A stretch of 63,007 nt of DNA, filler included, from Octopus bimaculoides (lineage: Eukaryota), in NCBI RefSeq assembly GCF_001194135.2. It is 4 parts of 4 records of this genome, joined end to end, with 100 filler letters (N's around TTAATTAATTAA, not from the genome) between each part and the next. Parts side by side here need not be neighbours in the genome. Positions count along the whole stretch, not along the records: positions 1 to 14,275 come from NC_068984.1; 3 more parts are not named here. One strand, written 5' to 3'. Shown in pieces: positions 1 through 11,544 of this stretch. Numbering within the stretch: the first letter of the stretch is position 1; the number at the start of each line of letters is the position of its first letter. Below the pieces are notes generated by a model. That model had not been told where the DNA came from. It saw only the letters and a program-made list of their open reading frames with translations, and ran no database searches. Made by a program: the position numbers and the translations under genes.

Positions 1-65
1 GTCCATGTGCCCAGAGGTGTGTGCGTACACGCACGTGCTTGCGTGTGTGTATATATTTATGTATG

Positions 66-121
<56 letters not shown>

Positions 122-194
122 CAGACAGACATACAGACAGACAGAAGGATAGACAGACAGGCAGACAGGCAGACAGGCAGACTGACAGACAGAC

Positions 195-236
<42 letters not shown>

Positions 237-479
237 CTATGTATGTCATTATTCAGTTTATTCCAAGATTTCTTGCCAATAGAGAAAGAACCGGTTTCTA
301 ACCCAGATCCAGGGCTACTTCATTGGAATTTCAGCATCAGCAACAGGGTATGCGTGTGCATGTGTGCAGGGTACATGTGCTGTGTTTGGAATCAGTGCAT
401 GTGCTGATCTGTATGTTTTCTTGTATGTATGTATCCTCATGCGTACAGCTGCATGTCTGGACATGCGCATATATCTTGT

Positions 480-700
480 ACTTTTTACTTGTTTCAGTCA
501 GCTGACGGCGACCATGCTGGGGCACCACCTCGAAGAATTTTTAATCGAATGAATCAACCCCAATACGTATTTTATTTTTAAAGCCTGGTGCTAATTCTAT
601 TGATATCTTTTGGTGGATTGCTAAGTTACGGGAACTTAAACACGTCAACACCGGCTGTCAAGTGGTGGGGTGGGGGACAAACACACACAAACACAAACAC
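480..700 (-). mobile_element. SINE family C, 3' half
   Basis: Reverse complement of the ...CCAGCATGGCCGCAGTC..TGACTGAAACAAGTAAAAGA tail. Confidence 0.7.
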
Positions 701-937
701 GCACTGTTTTATTGAGGGCAGAGAGTTCCAAGGTTCGTATTTTCCTTATTCGGCTGTAATATTCTTTAGTGACATGTGTCTTGTTACAAGTGCCATCGTA
801 GGAAATCTGTCTTCATCCACCCCTAGATGTCTTTAACATTTCCTCATCAAATATAAGGCAAACAGCCAAGTCAGTGATGGAGGTGCAGCTCGTCTGGCTT
901 ACAATTTTCCCTTTTTCACAATTATGCAATAACATTT

Positions 938-1324
938 GTGGAGGCGCAATGGCCCAGTGGTTAGGGCAGCGGACTCGCGGTCATAGGATCGCGGTTTCGA
1001 TTCCTAGACCGAGCGTTGTGAGTGTTTATTGAGCGAAAACACCTAAAGCTCCACGAGGCTCCGGCAGGGGGGGGGGCGAACCCTGCTGTACTCTTTCACC
1101 ACAACTTTCTCTCACTCTTACTTCCTGTTTCTGTTGTGCCTGTAATTCAAAGGGTCAGCCTTGTCACACTGTGTGATGCTGAATATCCCCGAGAACTATG
1201 TTAAGGGTACACGTGTCTGTGGAGTGCTCAGCCACTTGCACGTTAATTTCACGAGCAGGCTGTTCCGTTGATCGGATCAACTGGAACCCTCGACGTCGTA
1301 ACCGACGGAGTGCCAACAACAACA
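938..1324 (+). mobile_element. Full-length tRNA-derived SINE, family A (about 390 bp, AAC tail)
   Basis: A-box TGGCCCAGTGG, B-box GGTTTCGATTCC, tail (AAC)n, 12-bp TSD GCAATAACATTT at 926-937 and 1325-1336. Confidence 0.9.
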
Positions 1325-1866
1325 GCAATAACATTTATCCTGGCCAAACTCCAGCCTTATGTCCTTTGAGAATACTGCAACCAGATCAAGGCATACTCTT
1401 GGCCTACAGTTCCAAGTCATCCACAAAGAAGCCGTCTGTAAGTTTGGTCTTTCTTCGTGTGAACCAGTGAGATACGCCTCAGGCTTCTTCAACATAAAAC
1501 CTATGTGTGTACGCACCCTTATCATGAAATAAATACATTTGTTGTTATTGCTGCGCCTCAGAAGAATCCTATACGAACAACCCTATGATGAAAGACATTC
1601 CAGTTCTGACCATCCCATCCACTACAACGTCATTGTATTTATCTCCCTCCTTCTTTGATACAATAAGGTGTGGTTTAAAGGGATATATTCTAAAAGAGAT
1701 ATATCAACTCGTTATATTAATAATAGTCAAATCTGGATTCCAAGGATACAGTGTTTTTCCATTATGCTGCCCCGTGGTAAAGAATATGGATTGCAGTGTG
1801 GCTGTCGAGATATGGTCCACAGCTGTTTGTTGTAAGATCTGACAAGTGACCAATTAGGGTAGAGAA

Positions 1867-2093
1867 GGCAGCGAACTGGCAGAACCGTTAGCACGCCGGG
1901 CGAAAGGCTTAGCGGTATTTCATCTGTCCTTACGTTCTGAATTCAAATTCCGCCGAGGTCGACTTTGTCTTTCATCCTTTCAGTGTCAATTAAATAAGCA
2001 CCAGTTACGCACCGGGGTCGATGTAATCGATTTAATCCCTTTGTTTGTCCTCTCTATGTTTAGCCCCCTGTGGGCAATAAAGAAATTAAAAAA
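1867..2093 (+). mobile_element. tRNA-derived SINE, family B
   Basis: CTGGCAGAACCGTTAGCACGCCGGGCGAAA...AATTCCGCCGAGGTCGACTTTG.CTTTCATCCTTT...TAAGTACCAG; many copies in the window. Confidence 0.85.
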
Positions 2094-2205
2094 TCAGAGT
2101 GGGTGGGACAGAGACGGAGTATGTCACTTGCAGTTGTACATGGTTTTCCTTTTATACACATACACACACACAAACACACATTCACATATACAAACACACA
2201 CACAT

Positions 2206-2236
<31 letters not shown>

Positions 2237-2506
2237 TTGATCTTCCATAAATCCAAAATTTTATTTTGGTATTTATGGGAGCAACTGTCTTCGAAGACTC
2301 ATAATGTCGTTGATTGCTCGAAATGGGGAGTAGATAGACAGCCGACAACTGATGAAGGGTCATTCTTTGTATTACTTGTCCTTTTTTTCTCTCGTTTGCG
2401 TATTTAACTCATTTGTTTTCGTATTTCATGATGCTTACTGTTGATGGCGTCCTGTACCCATATATGCATATACATACATATACATATATATATATATACA
2501 TATACA

Positions 2507-2554
<48 letters not shown>

Positions 2555-2564
2555 NNNNNNNNNN

Positions 2565-3281
2565 TTTCGACACACGGGTGGGACACTTAATAACTTGTTC
2601 AGGAGCATCCGGCAGTGCAGATGTGTCTCATCGGGTGATAAATAGATACAACTCGTTAAAATAACACTTCCGCAAAGTATCTTCTCATTTCGTAGAAAGG
2701 AAAGCAGCAAAACGAAGGAAATATCTTCATTTATATAGAAGATCAAAAATAAAATCACAGATGCACAAAATATGCCTACAAGCAGTTTGCATGAATTTGT
2801 GTATCTGTTAACATAATTAAGGTATGGATTAATTAAGTTTAGCTTCAACATCCCCATTCTTATAAACACCGGATAGATATTCAACTTGCTTTGTGGCCAT
2901 GTATGCGCCAAACCACACGTCTGCGTATGCTTACATTTTCGCGGATGCTTGTATGAGCGCGTGTACACGCGCCATGCATCTTGCCCGAGGGCGTTTATAC
3001 ATCCATATCTGTTAACGGTTATTTTCAATACTTTTCTCGCTGTATTGCGTGTTCGTTTCTTTTTGGCATCTGTGATTTTATTTTTGATCTTTTATGTAAA
3101 TGAAGAGATTTCCTTCGTTTTGCTTCTTTTCTTTCTACGAAATGAGAAGATACATTGCGGAGCTGTTATTTTAACGAGTTGTATCTATTTATCACCCGAT
3201 GAGACACATCTGCACCGCCGGATACTCCTAAACCAGTTGTTGAGTGTCCCACAAGAGGAGTCGATGCTAGATGTGTCGAAA
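2565..3281. repeat. Long inverted repeat (foldback or MITE), arms of about 190-200 bp
   Basis: 2578-2764 is a high-identity reverse complement of 3064-3252 (e.g. GTGCAGATGTGTCTCATCGGGTGATAAATAGATACAACTCGTTAAAATAAC). The left end abuts an N gap. Confidence 0.85.
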
Positions 3282-3434
3282 CAATTGTCGTGATTAATGA
3301 AAATTCTCGTATATTCCATCTTCTGTCTTCCATTAACCATAAACATAACGAACGCTGTGAAAGTGACCGTGCTTTACCAGTTAGCTACCAGGTGTAAACC
3401 ATTCGTTTTATCATCCAATATATGTATGTATATA

Positions 3435-3598
3435 TATATAATTGTTAGACAGGACGTCAAATATTAAGGCAAGGCAAACATCTCAAGTCATATACAATAA
3501 TATTATTACAGGAAGAAATTCTCCCTGTAATAATATTGTATATGGCATCAGTTGTTTGCCTTGCCTTAATGTTTGATGTCCTCTTTAACAATTATATA
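3435..3598. repeat. Palindromic MITE-like hairpin in a TA repeat
   Basis: TATATAATTGTTA..ATTAAGGCAAGGCAAACA..TATTATTACAGG is mirrored by CCTGTAATAATATT..TGTTTGCCTTGCCTTAAT..TAACAATTATATA around a loop of about 11 nt. Confidence 0.85.
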
Positions 3599-3741
3599 TC
3601 CGCTGCATCAGAAATCTGCAATGGCTCCTTAACTACCGTCTCGGCTGAAACCTTGGAGCCCCAGTAATCCGTTACCCCGTTACCGCGCTTACCTAGCGTA
3701 CCTAATCATTTAGATCACCTGTGAACTAAACCCCCATACTT

Positions 3742-3774
<33 letters not shown>

Positions 3775-3780
<6 letters not shown>

Positions 3781-4350
3781 ATATGAATTAACAGCAGCTC
3801 GAAGTACATAAGCAAAATCGAACACACCTACACAAGGGGTGTGTGTTGCTGGTTCAAGCGTGAGCTACGTTTTTAGGTGTAAGAGAATATACTCGCGATG
3901 TGCCTGGTGTTCAGGTTCGTTTCCGGAGTGACAGACATCGATGTTACGTCATTGTTGTGACTTTGCAATGCTGCGTACCGAACAAAGCGTTGTGTATGTG
4001 TGTTCGATTTTGTTTGTATTCTTCGAGCTGCTTCTAATTCATGTTTGAATTCTTTTCCGTGACATGAAGCATTGGGACATGCCAGCAGATGGTGTTTAAG
4101 CCATTTAGCATATAGTAGTCACAATCGTCGGTATAGCTTGCAGCAGGCCTTGTTCGGTAGAAAAGTCACCACAATGACAAAGCATCAATATCTGTCGCTC
4201 TGAGAAAGGACCTGATGTGAGTTGTCTCGCTTGCCTATGACTTACTTTCAGGTGTTTTTAACACTAGGCACATCGAGAATATATTCTCTTACGCCTAAAA
4301 CGCAGCCGACCCAAGAACTAACAACACACACACCTTGTGTATGTGTCCCA
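3775..4350. repeat. TIR element (3775-4050, TIRs of about 62 bp) plus an inverted partial copy at 4260-4350
   Basis: ATTCAAATATGAATTAACAGCAGCTCGAAG... pairs with ...CTTCGAGCTGCTTCTAATTCATGTTTGAAT. 3825-3910 is the reverse-complement homolog of 4260-4350. Confidence 0.7.
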
Positions 4351-4373
4351 TTTATTTTGTTTGTGTGTGCGTG

Positions 4374-4405
<32 letters not shown>

Positions 4406-6599
4406 CGTGCGTGTGTAATTTGAGAGGTCACCTCGATCAAGGCTAACTTTAGTCTTAATAAACAACCTTACAGTGTGTCAAAGCTGAAATTCATTCCTTA
4501 AACATACCAAAATTAACGTTCGTTAAACAATGTCACTTTGTTTCATTAAATATCATTTCGACCTGTTACTGTCCTCAACAACAGCAGTATCTTTAATTAA
4601 ACTCTTCTATTTCCTGCCTCTCTCTATTTTCGTCTCTGTCTCTCACCCTCTCTCTCTCTCTCTCTTTCTCCTACTGCTCTATCTTATTCTTTACTTCTCC
4701 TTCTCCATTACTTTCTTCCCAGCATCCCCTGTTTTACGTAGCATTTCTTTAAATACTGTATTGCCACTAAGATAAACGACTGTTTCTGTTATTAATTGAA
4801 AGAAGGAAAACATTTCTAATAATTCGCCACAGAGATTTGAAAGAATATATCAAAGACGGCGTTGTCTTTAACTAACACGCTAAAGTGGAATTCTGGGATT
4901 CTTCTAGTTCTACTATATTATCATTTCACAGAATTGTATTTATGCCTATATGCATGCAACTCACTCAATTTCTTTTTAAATTGAGTTACTTTATATACGC
5001 GTGTATCTTTATTAATATAAGATACGTATATATATATATATATATATATATTAACGAAGGTCCTTAACACGCAGCCGTCTACATTATTAATATACATACA
5101 TATGAAAGTGTGGCGACGCACAAGCATAGGTATGCCTCAGCTTATCTATGTACGGAAGTGTATTTGTAAATAACCACTCAAGGATGGATATGTGTATCTG
5201 TGAACACCTGCTTACTGCACCTATTTATATGTGCAGATGCACTCTGCAGGCGTACTGTGCAAATTTCTTAATGTGCACTGCATCAACGATTAGTACTGCA
5301 TTCTATGGACGAGAGGTAGAAACAAATCAGCATTTATCATCGTGAACCATTTTGCCCCACCACCATCCATATTGTTTTCCTAATTCTGATTATGAAAAAC
5401 AAAACTATCATAGTATTTCCGGTCGCACTTTTGGATAACGTCTGTAGGGGAAGTCCGATGGATCAATTCGCAAAGGCAGGCGTTATTATTGACATCTTCA
5501 CTGATAGAACATGAGTTTTTCCCAAGAAGAAACAGATCCGTCATTGCTCTACTGTCAAAACCTTGTCCGTTACGACAGGCTGTGTAGTTGCAGTGAAATT
5601 TCACAACTACAAGTCATAGAAGGGGAAGCAATGAATCAATGGAAGGCGATGCAAAAAGGATTGTATGTTAGCGTGTAATGGAATGACAAAACATAAACAG
5701 TGAGATCGAAATGTTTGCTACATTGCGCAACTCGTCTGGAACGAGTGTTCTGGTTATGACCTCATCCCAGGGCGATATGAACGCGGTGTGCCACACAATG
5801 TGCAGTGGGATCAGGTTCCCTCGGATACTTCCTACGTCTAAACTCACTGACTTGAAATAGAAAAGTAATGCTCTAAAGCAGATACCATCATCTGGTTCGA
5901 TGGTTCGATAAACATTCATAGCTGGTACCTGTGTGTTCAAGTCACATGACTTCACATGGAACATCTTTAACTTCTCACTCATTTGGAACTCTAATTGCCA
6001 ATCGTGTTTCCGTGACAAACTTCATGCACTTCACCACTCCGCAATATCCACTAATAATTAAAAAAGGATCTGTCCTATTTTTGCCAACAAATGTTCTCTC
6101 TTAAATTGAATTTCAAATGTCTGGCCATTAATAACCTGGACATACCAGCTTAGCTCTAGCTAACCGACGTACAACAGCAGGGTATATAAGTTCAGCTATC
6201 CCTTGAGATTACAAGCAACTATATAACTCATGTCGACCACGCAAACTGAAATATAACCTGACACTATCAAATCGAGGAGCGTCCCACGAGATAAATGTTG
6301 CCGCTGAAATACCACACACTGAAGTACCCTAAAAATAATCTGACGTCATCTTGTCTACGCAACCAGCTGCTCCCTTGCAGGAAGGTACAGCGACACATAG
6401 GAATTTGCATCATATAGTGCAGACACTGTACAATTTCAGCGTGTGTGTGTATGCGTGTGGTGCGTGCGTGTGTGCGTGTGCACGCGTGCGTACACTTATT
6501 GTTGGGGGTAATATCCCACTCGTTTTAATATTATCAAAATATCATTGACTTTCTTTGACTTTTTTTGCAAGCATTCTTTGCATTACTCGCAAATCGACC

Positions 6600-6649
<50 letters not shown>

Positions 6650-8483
6650 AACATACATACATACACGCGCGAGCGCACACACACACGCACGCACACACAC
6701 ACACAAACTTAAGTGCACGCACACACGGTTGATGGATGCATTATGCTTCCCCAGATATTTCATAGGCGATATCACAAAACGGCCAATCGTCATTAGCTGA
6801 TATTACACAATCTCTAAGGATTCGCCCACCATTTTTCTGCATACATTCAAGCTTGGCATCCTCTGCACCGATCTCACAATTCTGGGAGGGTCTGCAAAGT
6901 TCATGGACACGGCCCGTCCCTCCTTCATATAATGCATTTATACATAAATACACACATACATGTGAGTGTATGTGTATATGTATGTGTGTATGTACATGTG
7001 TGTGTATACATACATACATACATATGTATACATGTATATAAGTGTGTATAATATATATATGTATGTATGTATGTGTGTGTATATACATGTATATGTGTAT
7101 ATATGTGTATATATGTTTATGTATGTATAAGCAGGTATGTATACATGTATGTATGTATGTATGTATGTATGTATGTATGTATGATTGTCAGTGTGTATGG
7201 TCTGTTGCTGATAAGAAGTGTGAACAATGGACTGCTTCTGATGTTTCTCGCCTCAGGTGCTGACGTAATTCCGAAGTCAGGTCATCAATAAAAATAATAC
7301 TGCCCCTTTCACCATTCCACTACCACCATCACCACCACCGCCGCCACAACCTCTGCTAGTTACCATATTCCTCTCTAAGACTAAAGACACCTTTATATTC
7401 TAATACAGTCCGTTATTCATGCACCCAACTGCAGAGAATTTCAGAAACAGAATCATAAGTTTCCACTGACGTTATGTTCGCAAAAAGCATGTCGACAAAG
7501 ATGATGCTGTTGTTGTTGTTGTTAAGGTGGTGGTGGTGGTGGTGGTGGTGGTGGTCGTCGTCGTGTGGTGTTAATGCCGTACCAGTGTTGGTAGCAGTTG
7601 ATATGGTAATGAATGGGAGGTGGCGATGGTGGTTGTGATGATGGTGGTGGTTGTTGTCTTGGTGGTAGTAGTATTGGTGGACGACCATTGTTAAGTTTGT
7701 CGGGAATAAAGTTGATTCTTGTTGTTTATTCGCAGATCATCCTAGGGTTAAACAACAGTCTTAGGATCAAAGGCAATCCAACTTCTACCATCCCGTGTTG
7801 ATATATCATTATACCCATCTTTAATACAGCAGGGTGTGATTCAAGGCAAAATTAGGTGCTATACCCAGCAGTCCCGTCGTTGTTTCGTTTGTAGAAGGAT
7901 ACAAAAATATGGTCGATTTCACTTCGAGTTCCTGCACACCTTAAACTGTAAAAGAGAATCGATTCTATTCTTTTAAATAACTGAGATATTCAGACGCAGG
8001 CATAACTGTGAGATGAAAGAAGTTCACTTTGCTACTGTGCGGTTTCGGGTCAGTCTCACTGCTTGACACCGTGGGTCACTATCTGCTACAGCCTCGGCCA
8101 ACCAATTCTCTCTGAGTAAAACAATATCAATATCTCATACATATGGGATACATAAGCGATATTATTTGCATTGCTTCTAACGCATAAATTGAATTTTATT
8201 CTACTCGTGCGACGCTATAGCACATCAGCAAATAGATTTTGCATTATTTGTATAGATCTCTAGCTGGCTATTCTGAATTCGTTTCCGAAGTGCAGCGAGT
8301 ACAAGAAAGCGATGGGCGCAAAACCTGCGGAATAGTGATATCTGTCGTTTTCGTTTACTTTTGTGGCGGTTTCGTTTCGCCTAGCTTCGAAGTGCGGGGT
8401 TCTTTCACACTATCCGTCTTTAAAGGGACCTCATTTAGACGAAATACAACAGCTACATGTAATTAACCACACACATGGATTGA

Positions 8484-8530
<47 letters not shown>

Positions 8531-8754
8531 NNNNNNNNNNATATATATATATATGTATGTATATATATATATGTATATATATATACAAATATACATATAT
8601 ATATATATATGTATATACATATGTATATATATATTATATATATATGTGTGTGTGTATATATGTATATGTATGTGTGTAATACCACTGAATATTACACAAA
8701 CACACACATTTCACACGCATATTTATGTATATATATATATATATGTGTGTGTGT

Positions 8755-8756
<2 letters not shown>

Positions 8757-8796
<40 letters not shown>

Positions 8797-8797
8797 A

Positions 8798-8849
<52 letters not shown>
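8757..8849. repeat. (TAG)n microsatellite, representative of dozens of (CA), (TA), (ATAC), (ATAG), (CAT), (ACC) and (GA) arrays in the window
   Basis: Directly visible. Confidence 0.95.
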
Positions 8850-9264
8850 TGAGCGTGTTTTTATGGCTATGCATTTTCGTTTGCAAGGTTCTTGACGTCA
8901 GCCCGTATATTGATTTTAGCTTTTGCTGTTCTTTTTTATGTGTAAGGGGCTGTTTTACTCTGTTCAGTCGAATCCCTTCAAGGGGTGTGTGTGTCCCTGT
9001 ATTTACAGGACAATATTTACCAGCTGCAATAGATTTTTGAATTAAATAAACAAGCAGAAAGTTTTATAATATTCTAGATTTCTCTCTTTTTAAACAAACT
9101 CAAAGTTAGTCTGTTCTCTACGTGGTCATTCAGTATGCTAGAAATAGCAGCAATCATTTGGTTGTATTCCAAGACGTGTAGTATCCCAGGAAACCATACT
9201 AACAAATTCATCTCTGATAATATTTTTCTTCTCAAATTCTACCGGTGTGGCGATTTCATACTAC

Positions 9265-10191
9265 CCCACCCTTCAGTTGACTCCCTGGTATTCACCCTTC
9301 AGTTGACTCCTTGGTACCCACCTTTCAGTTGACTCGCTGGTATTCACCTTTCAGTTGACTCCTTGGTACCCACCTTTCAGTTGACTCGCTGGTACCCACC
9401 TTTCAGTTGACTCGCTGGTTTCATCTTTCAGTTGACTCCTTGGTACCCACCTTTCAGTTGACTCACTGGTATTNNNNNNNNNNNNNNNNNNNNNNNNNNN
9501 NNNNNNNNNNNNNNNNNNNNNNNNNNNNNNNNNNNNNNNNNNNNNNNNNNNNNNNNNNNNNNNNNNNNNNNNNNNNNNNNNNNNNNNNNNNNNNNNNNNN
9601 NNNNNNNNNNNNNNNNNNNNNNNNNNNNNNNNNNNNNNNNNNNNNNNNNNNNNNNNNNNNNNNNNNNNNNNNNNNNNNNNNNNNNNNNNNNNNNNNNNNN
9701 NNNNNNNNNNNNNNNNNNNNNNNNNNNNNNNNNNNNNNNNNNNNNNNNNNNNNNNNNNNNNNNNNNNNNNNNNNNNNNNNNNNNNNNNNNNNNNCCTGGT
9801 ATTCACCCTTCAGTTGACTCCTTGGTACCCACCTTTCAGTTGACTCGCTGGTATTCACCTTTCAGTTGACTCCTTGGTACCCACCTTTCAGTTGACTCGC
9901 TGGTACCCACCTTTCAGTTGACTCCTTGGTACCCACCTTTCAGTTGACTCACTGGTATTCACCTTTCAGTTGACTCCCTGGTACCCACCTTTCAGTTGAC
10001 TTCCTGGTACTCACCCTTCAGTTGACTCCCTGGTATTCACCCTTCAGTTGACCCCCCTGGTACCCACCTTTCAGTTGACTCCTTGATACCCACCCTTCAG
10101 TTCACTCCCTGTACCCGCCCTTCAGTTGACTCGCTGGTACCCACCTTTCAGTTGACTTCTTGGTACCCACCCTTCAGTTGATCCCCTGGTA
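9265..10191. repeat. 26-bp minisatellite (CCCACCTTTCAGTTGACTCCTTGGTA and variants)
   Basis: Head-to-tail units with no unique spacers; central N gap at 9474-9794. Confidence 0.95.
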
Positions 10192-10339
10192 ACTTGAAAT
10201 CGCGTTCAGATTACCGAGGGTGGAGGCGGAAGGGTAGGATGAAACCGATTTCGAATTACCACCAAGAATAATTCGAATTAGTAGCGAGTTACTGAAACAA
10301 GTAAAAAAATAAAAGAATAAAAGAATATCCAAAAACAAA

Positions 10340-10556
10340 GGCGGCGACCTGGCAGAATGGTTAGGGACGCCGGGCGAAATGCCTGATGGTATTTCGTCTG
10401 CCGTTAAGTTTTTGAGTTCGAAATCCGCCGAGGTCGACTTTGCCTTTCATCCTTTTGGAGTCGATAAAATTAGTACCAGTTACGTACTGGGGTCGATGTA
10501 ATCGACTTAATCCCTTCCCCCAAAATTTAAGACCTTGTGCTTCCAGTAGAAAGGAT
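10340..10556 (+). mobile_element. SINE family B copy
   Basis: Same head and core as 1867-2093, with the alternative tail GCCTTGTGC..TAGAAAGG. Confidence 0.85.
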
Positions 10557-10563
10557 ATGCATA

Positions 10564-11401
10564 CTGGGTGCGATGGGTAAATTGTCGCCATTTTATTTTT
10601 ATTTTTCATTTCGCGCATGTGCATTGTTTGTGTTTGATTTTGTTTGGCACTGTCTGTGAGAAAAACAGCACCATGATGCAATTCACTCTGCCAGAAATTT
10701 AGAAACAACATGCTGTACTGCTTTGCATTCGCGCCGGAAGCTCCAATACGAACAATTCAGAGTATTTGGGTGTCGATCTGAGGACAGTGCAGAGGGTTCG
10801 GAAAGAGTTGGATGAGCGTAATGGGGATTACGAAGGTAGGACAGCTCGGAAAACTCATTCTGATATGAAAAGAAAAGAATTCTGGAATTTGTTAGGGAGA
10901 TCCAGGCCATGGTTGTCAACGATCCCTCCAAGTCAATCAGGTCCATTTCCAGGGACATGGGTGTGTCTGAGTTTCTTATCAGGCAGGTGGTGCATGAAGA
11001 CATTCGGTATTCCTCATACAAGATGAGAAAGAGCCAAGTTTTATCCCAAGCCATCAAGGACAAGAGGAAAGACCGCGTTACAATGCTTTTGAACAAACCT
11101 AAGCATTCCCTCCAACCGAACATGATTTGGTTTTTTTCAGACGAGAAAAATTTCTGCCAGGATCAGATGGTAAACACACAGAACAACCGTTGGCTTGCCG
11201 TGCCTCCAAAACATGTACCGAGAGTGAAAAAAAAATCAAACGTCCAGTCAACATCATGGTGTTTGGAGTGATCACTAGTGACAGCGACGTTATGCCTCCA
11301 TTCAACTTTTTATGTAATTTCGGTCGATATATCTGCTGAAATGAGATGTCAGTGTTATTTTCATTTTTGCGTAATTTAGACAATATATTCACCGCATCCT
11401 G
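10564..11401 (+). mobile_element. Internally deleted Tc1/mariner element, DD37D (maT)-like
   Basis: TA-flanked imperfect TIRs of about 27 bp (CTGGGTGCGATGGGTAAATTGTC / reverse complement CAGGATGCGGTGAATATATTGTC). Transposase remnants: DPSKSIRSISRDMGVSEFLIRQVVHEDIRY..., WFFSDEKNF..., NTQNNRWLA, IMVFGVITSDSDVMPPF. Confidence 0.8.
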
Positions 11402-11544
11402 TATACATACATACATACATACATACATACATACATACATACATACATACGCGCGCGCGTGCATATTTTGGTACTAAGAACCTATATAAACACACAACCA
11501 GAGATGGGATTGTATAATTTCTATTTCCGTTCATGATACGAACT

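Larger units (their letters stand above)
246..1500 (-). mobile_element. Decayed R4/Dong-like non-LTR retrotransposon (RT fragment plus 3' UTR), interrupted by two SINEs
   Basis: Minus strand 1500->785 encodes FFVDDLEL*AKS...LDLVAVFSKDIRLEFGQDKC [SINE] ...IVKKGKIVSQ..., resembling the R4-clade RT YxDDLKLYAK...FSxDIxMxFGxDKC region. 246-350 is the reverse complement of the 3' UTR seen at about 24225-24333 and 36170-36279. Confidence 0.7.

Noticed and set aside
938-1010. tRNA genes (here and at other SINE heads such as 20531 and 45905)
   Set aside because: A/B boxes are present but run into SINE bodies with tails and TSDs; there is no complete cloverleaf or Pol III terminator.
9265-10191. CRISPR-like array
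   Set aside because: Units are contiguous with no unique spacers, the context is eukaryotic, and there are no cas genes. It is a minisatellite.
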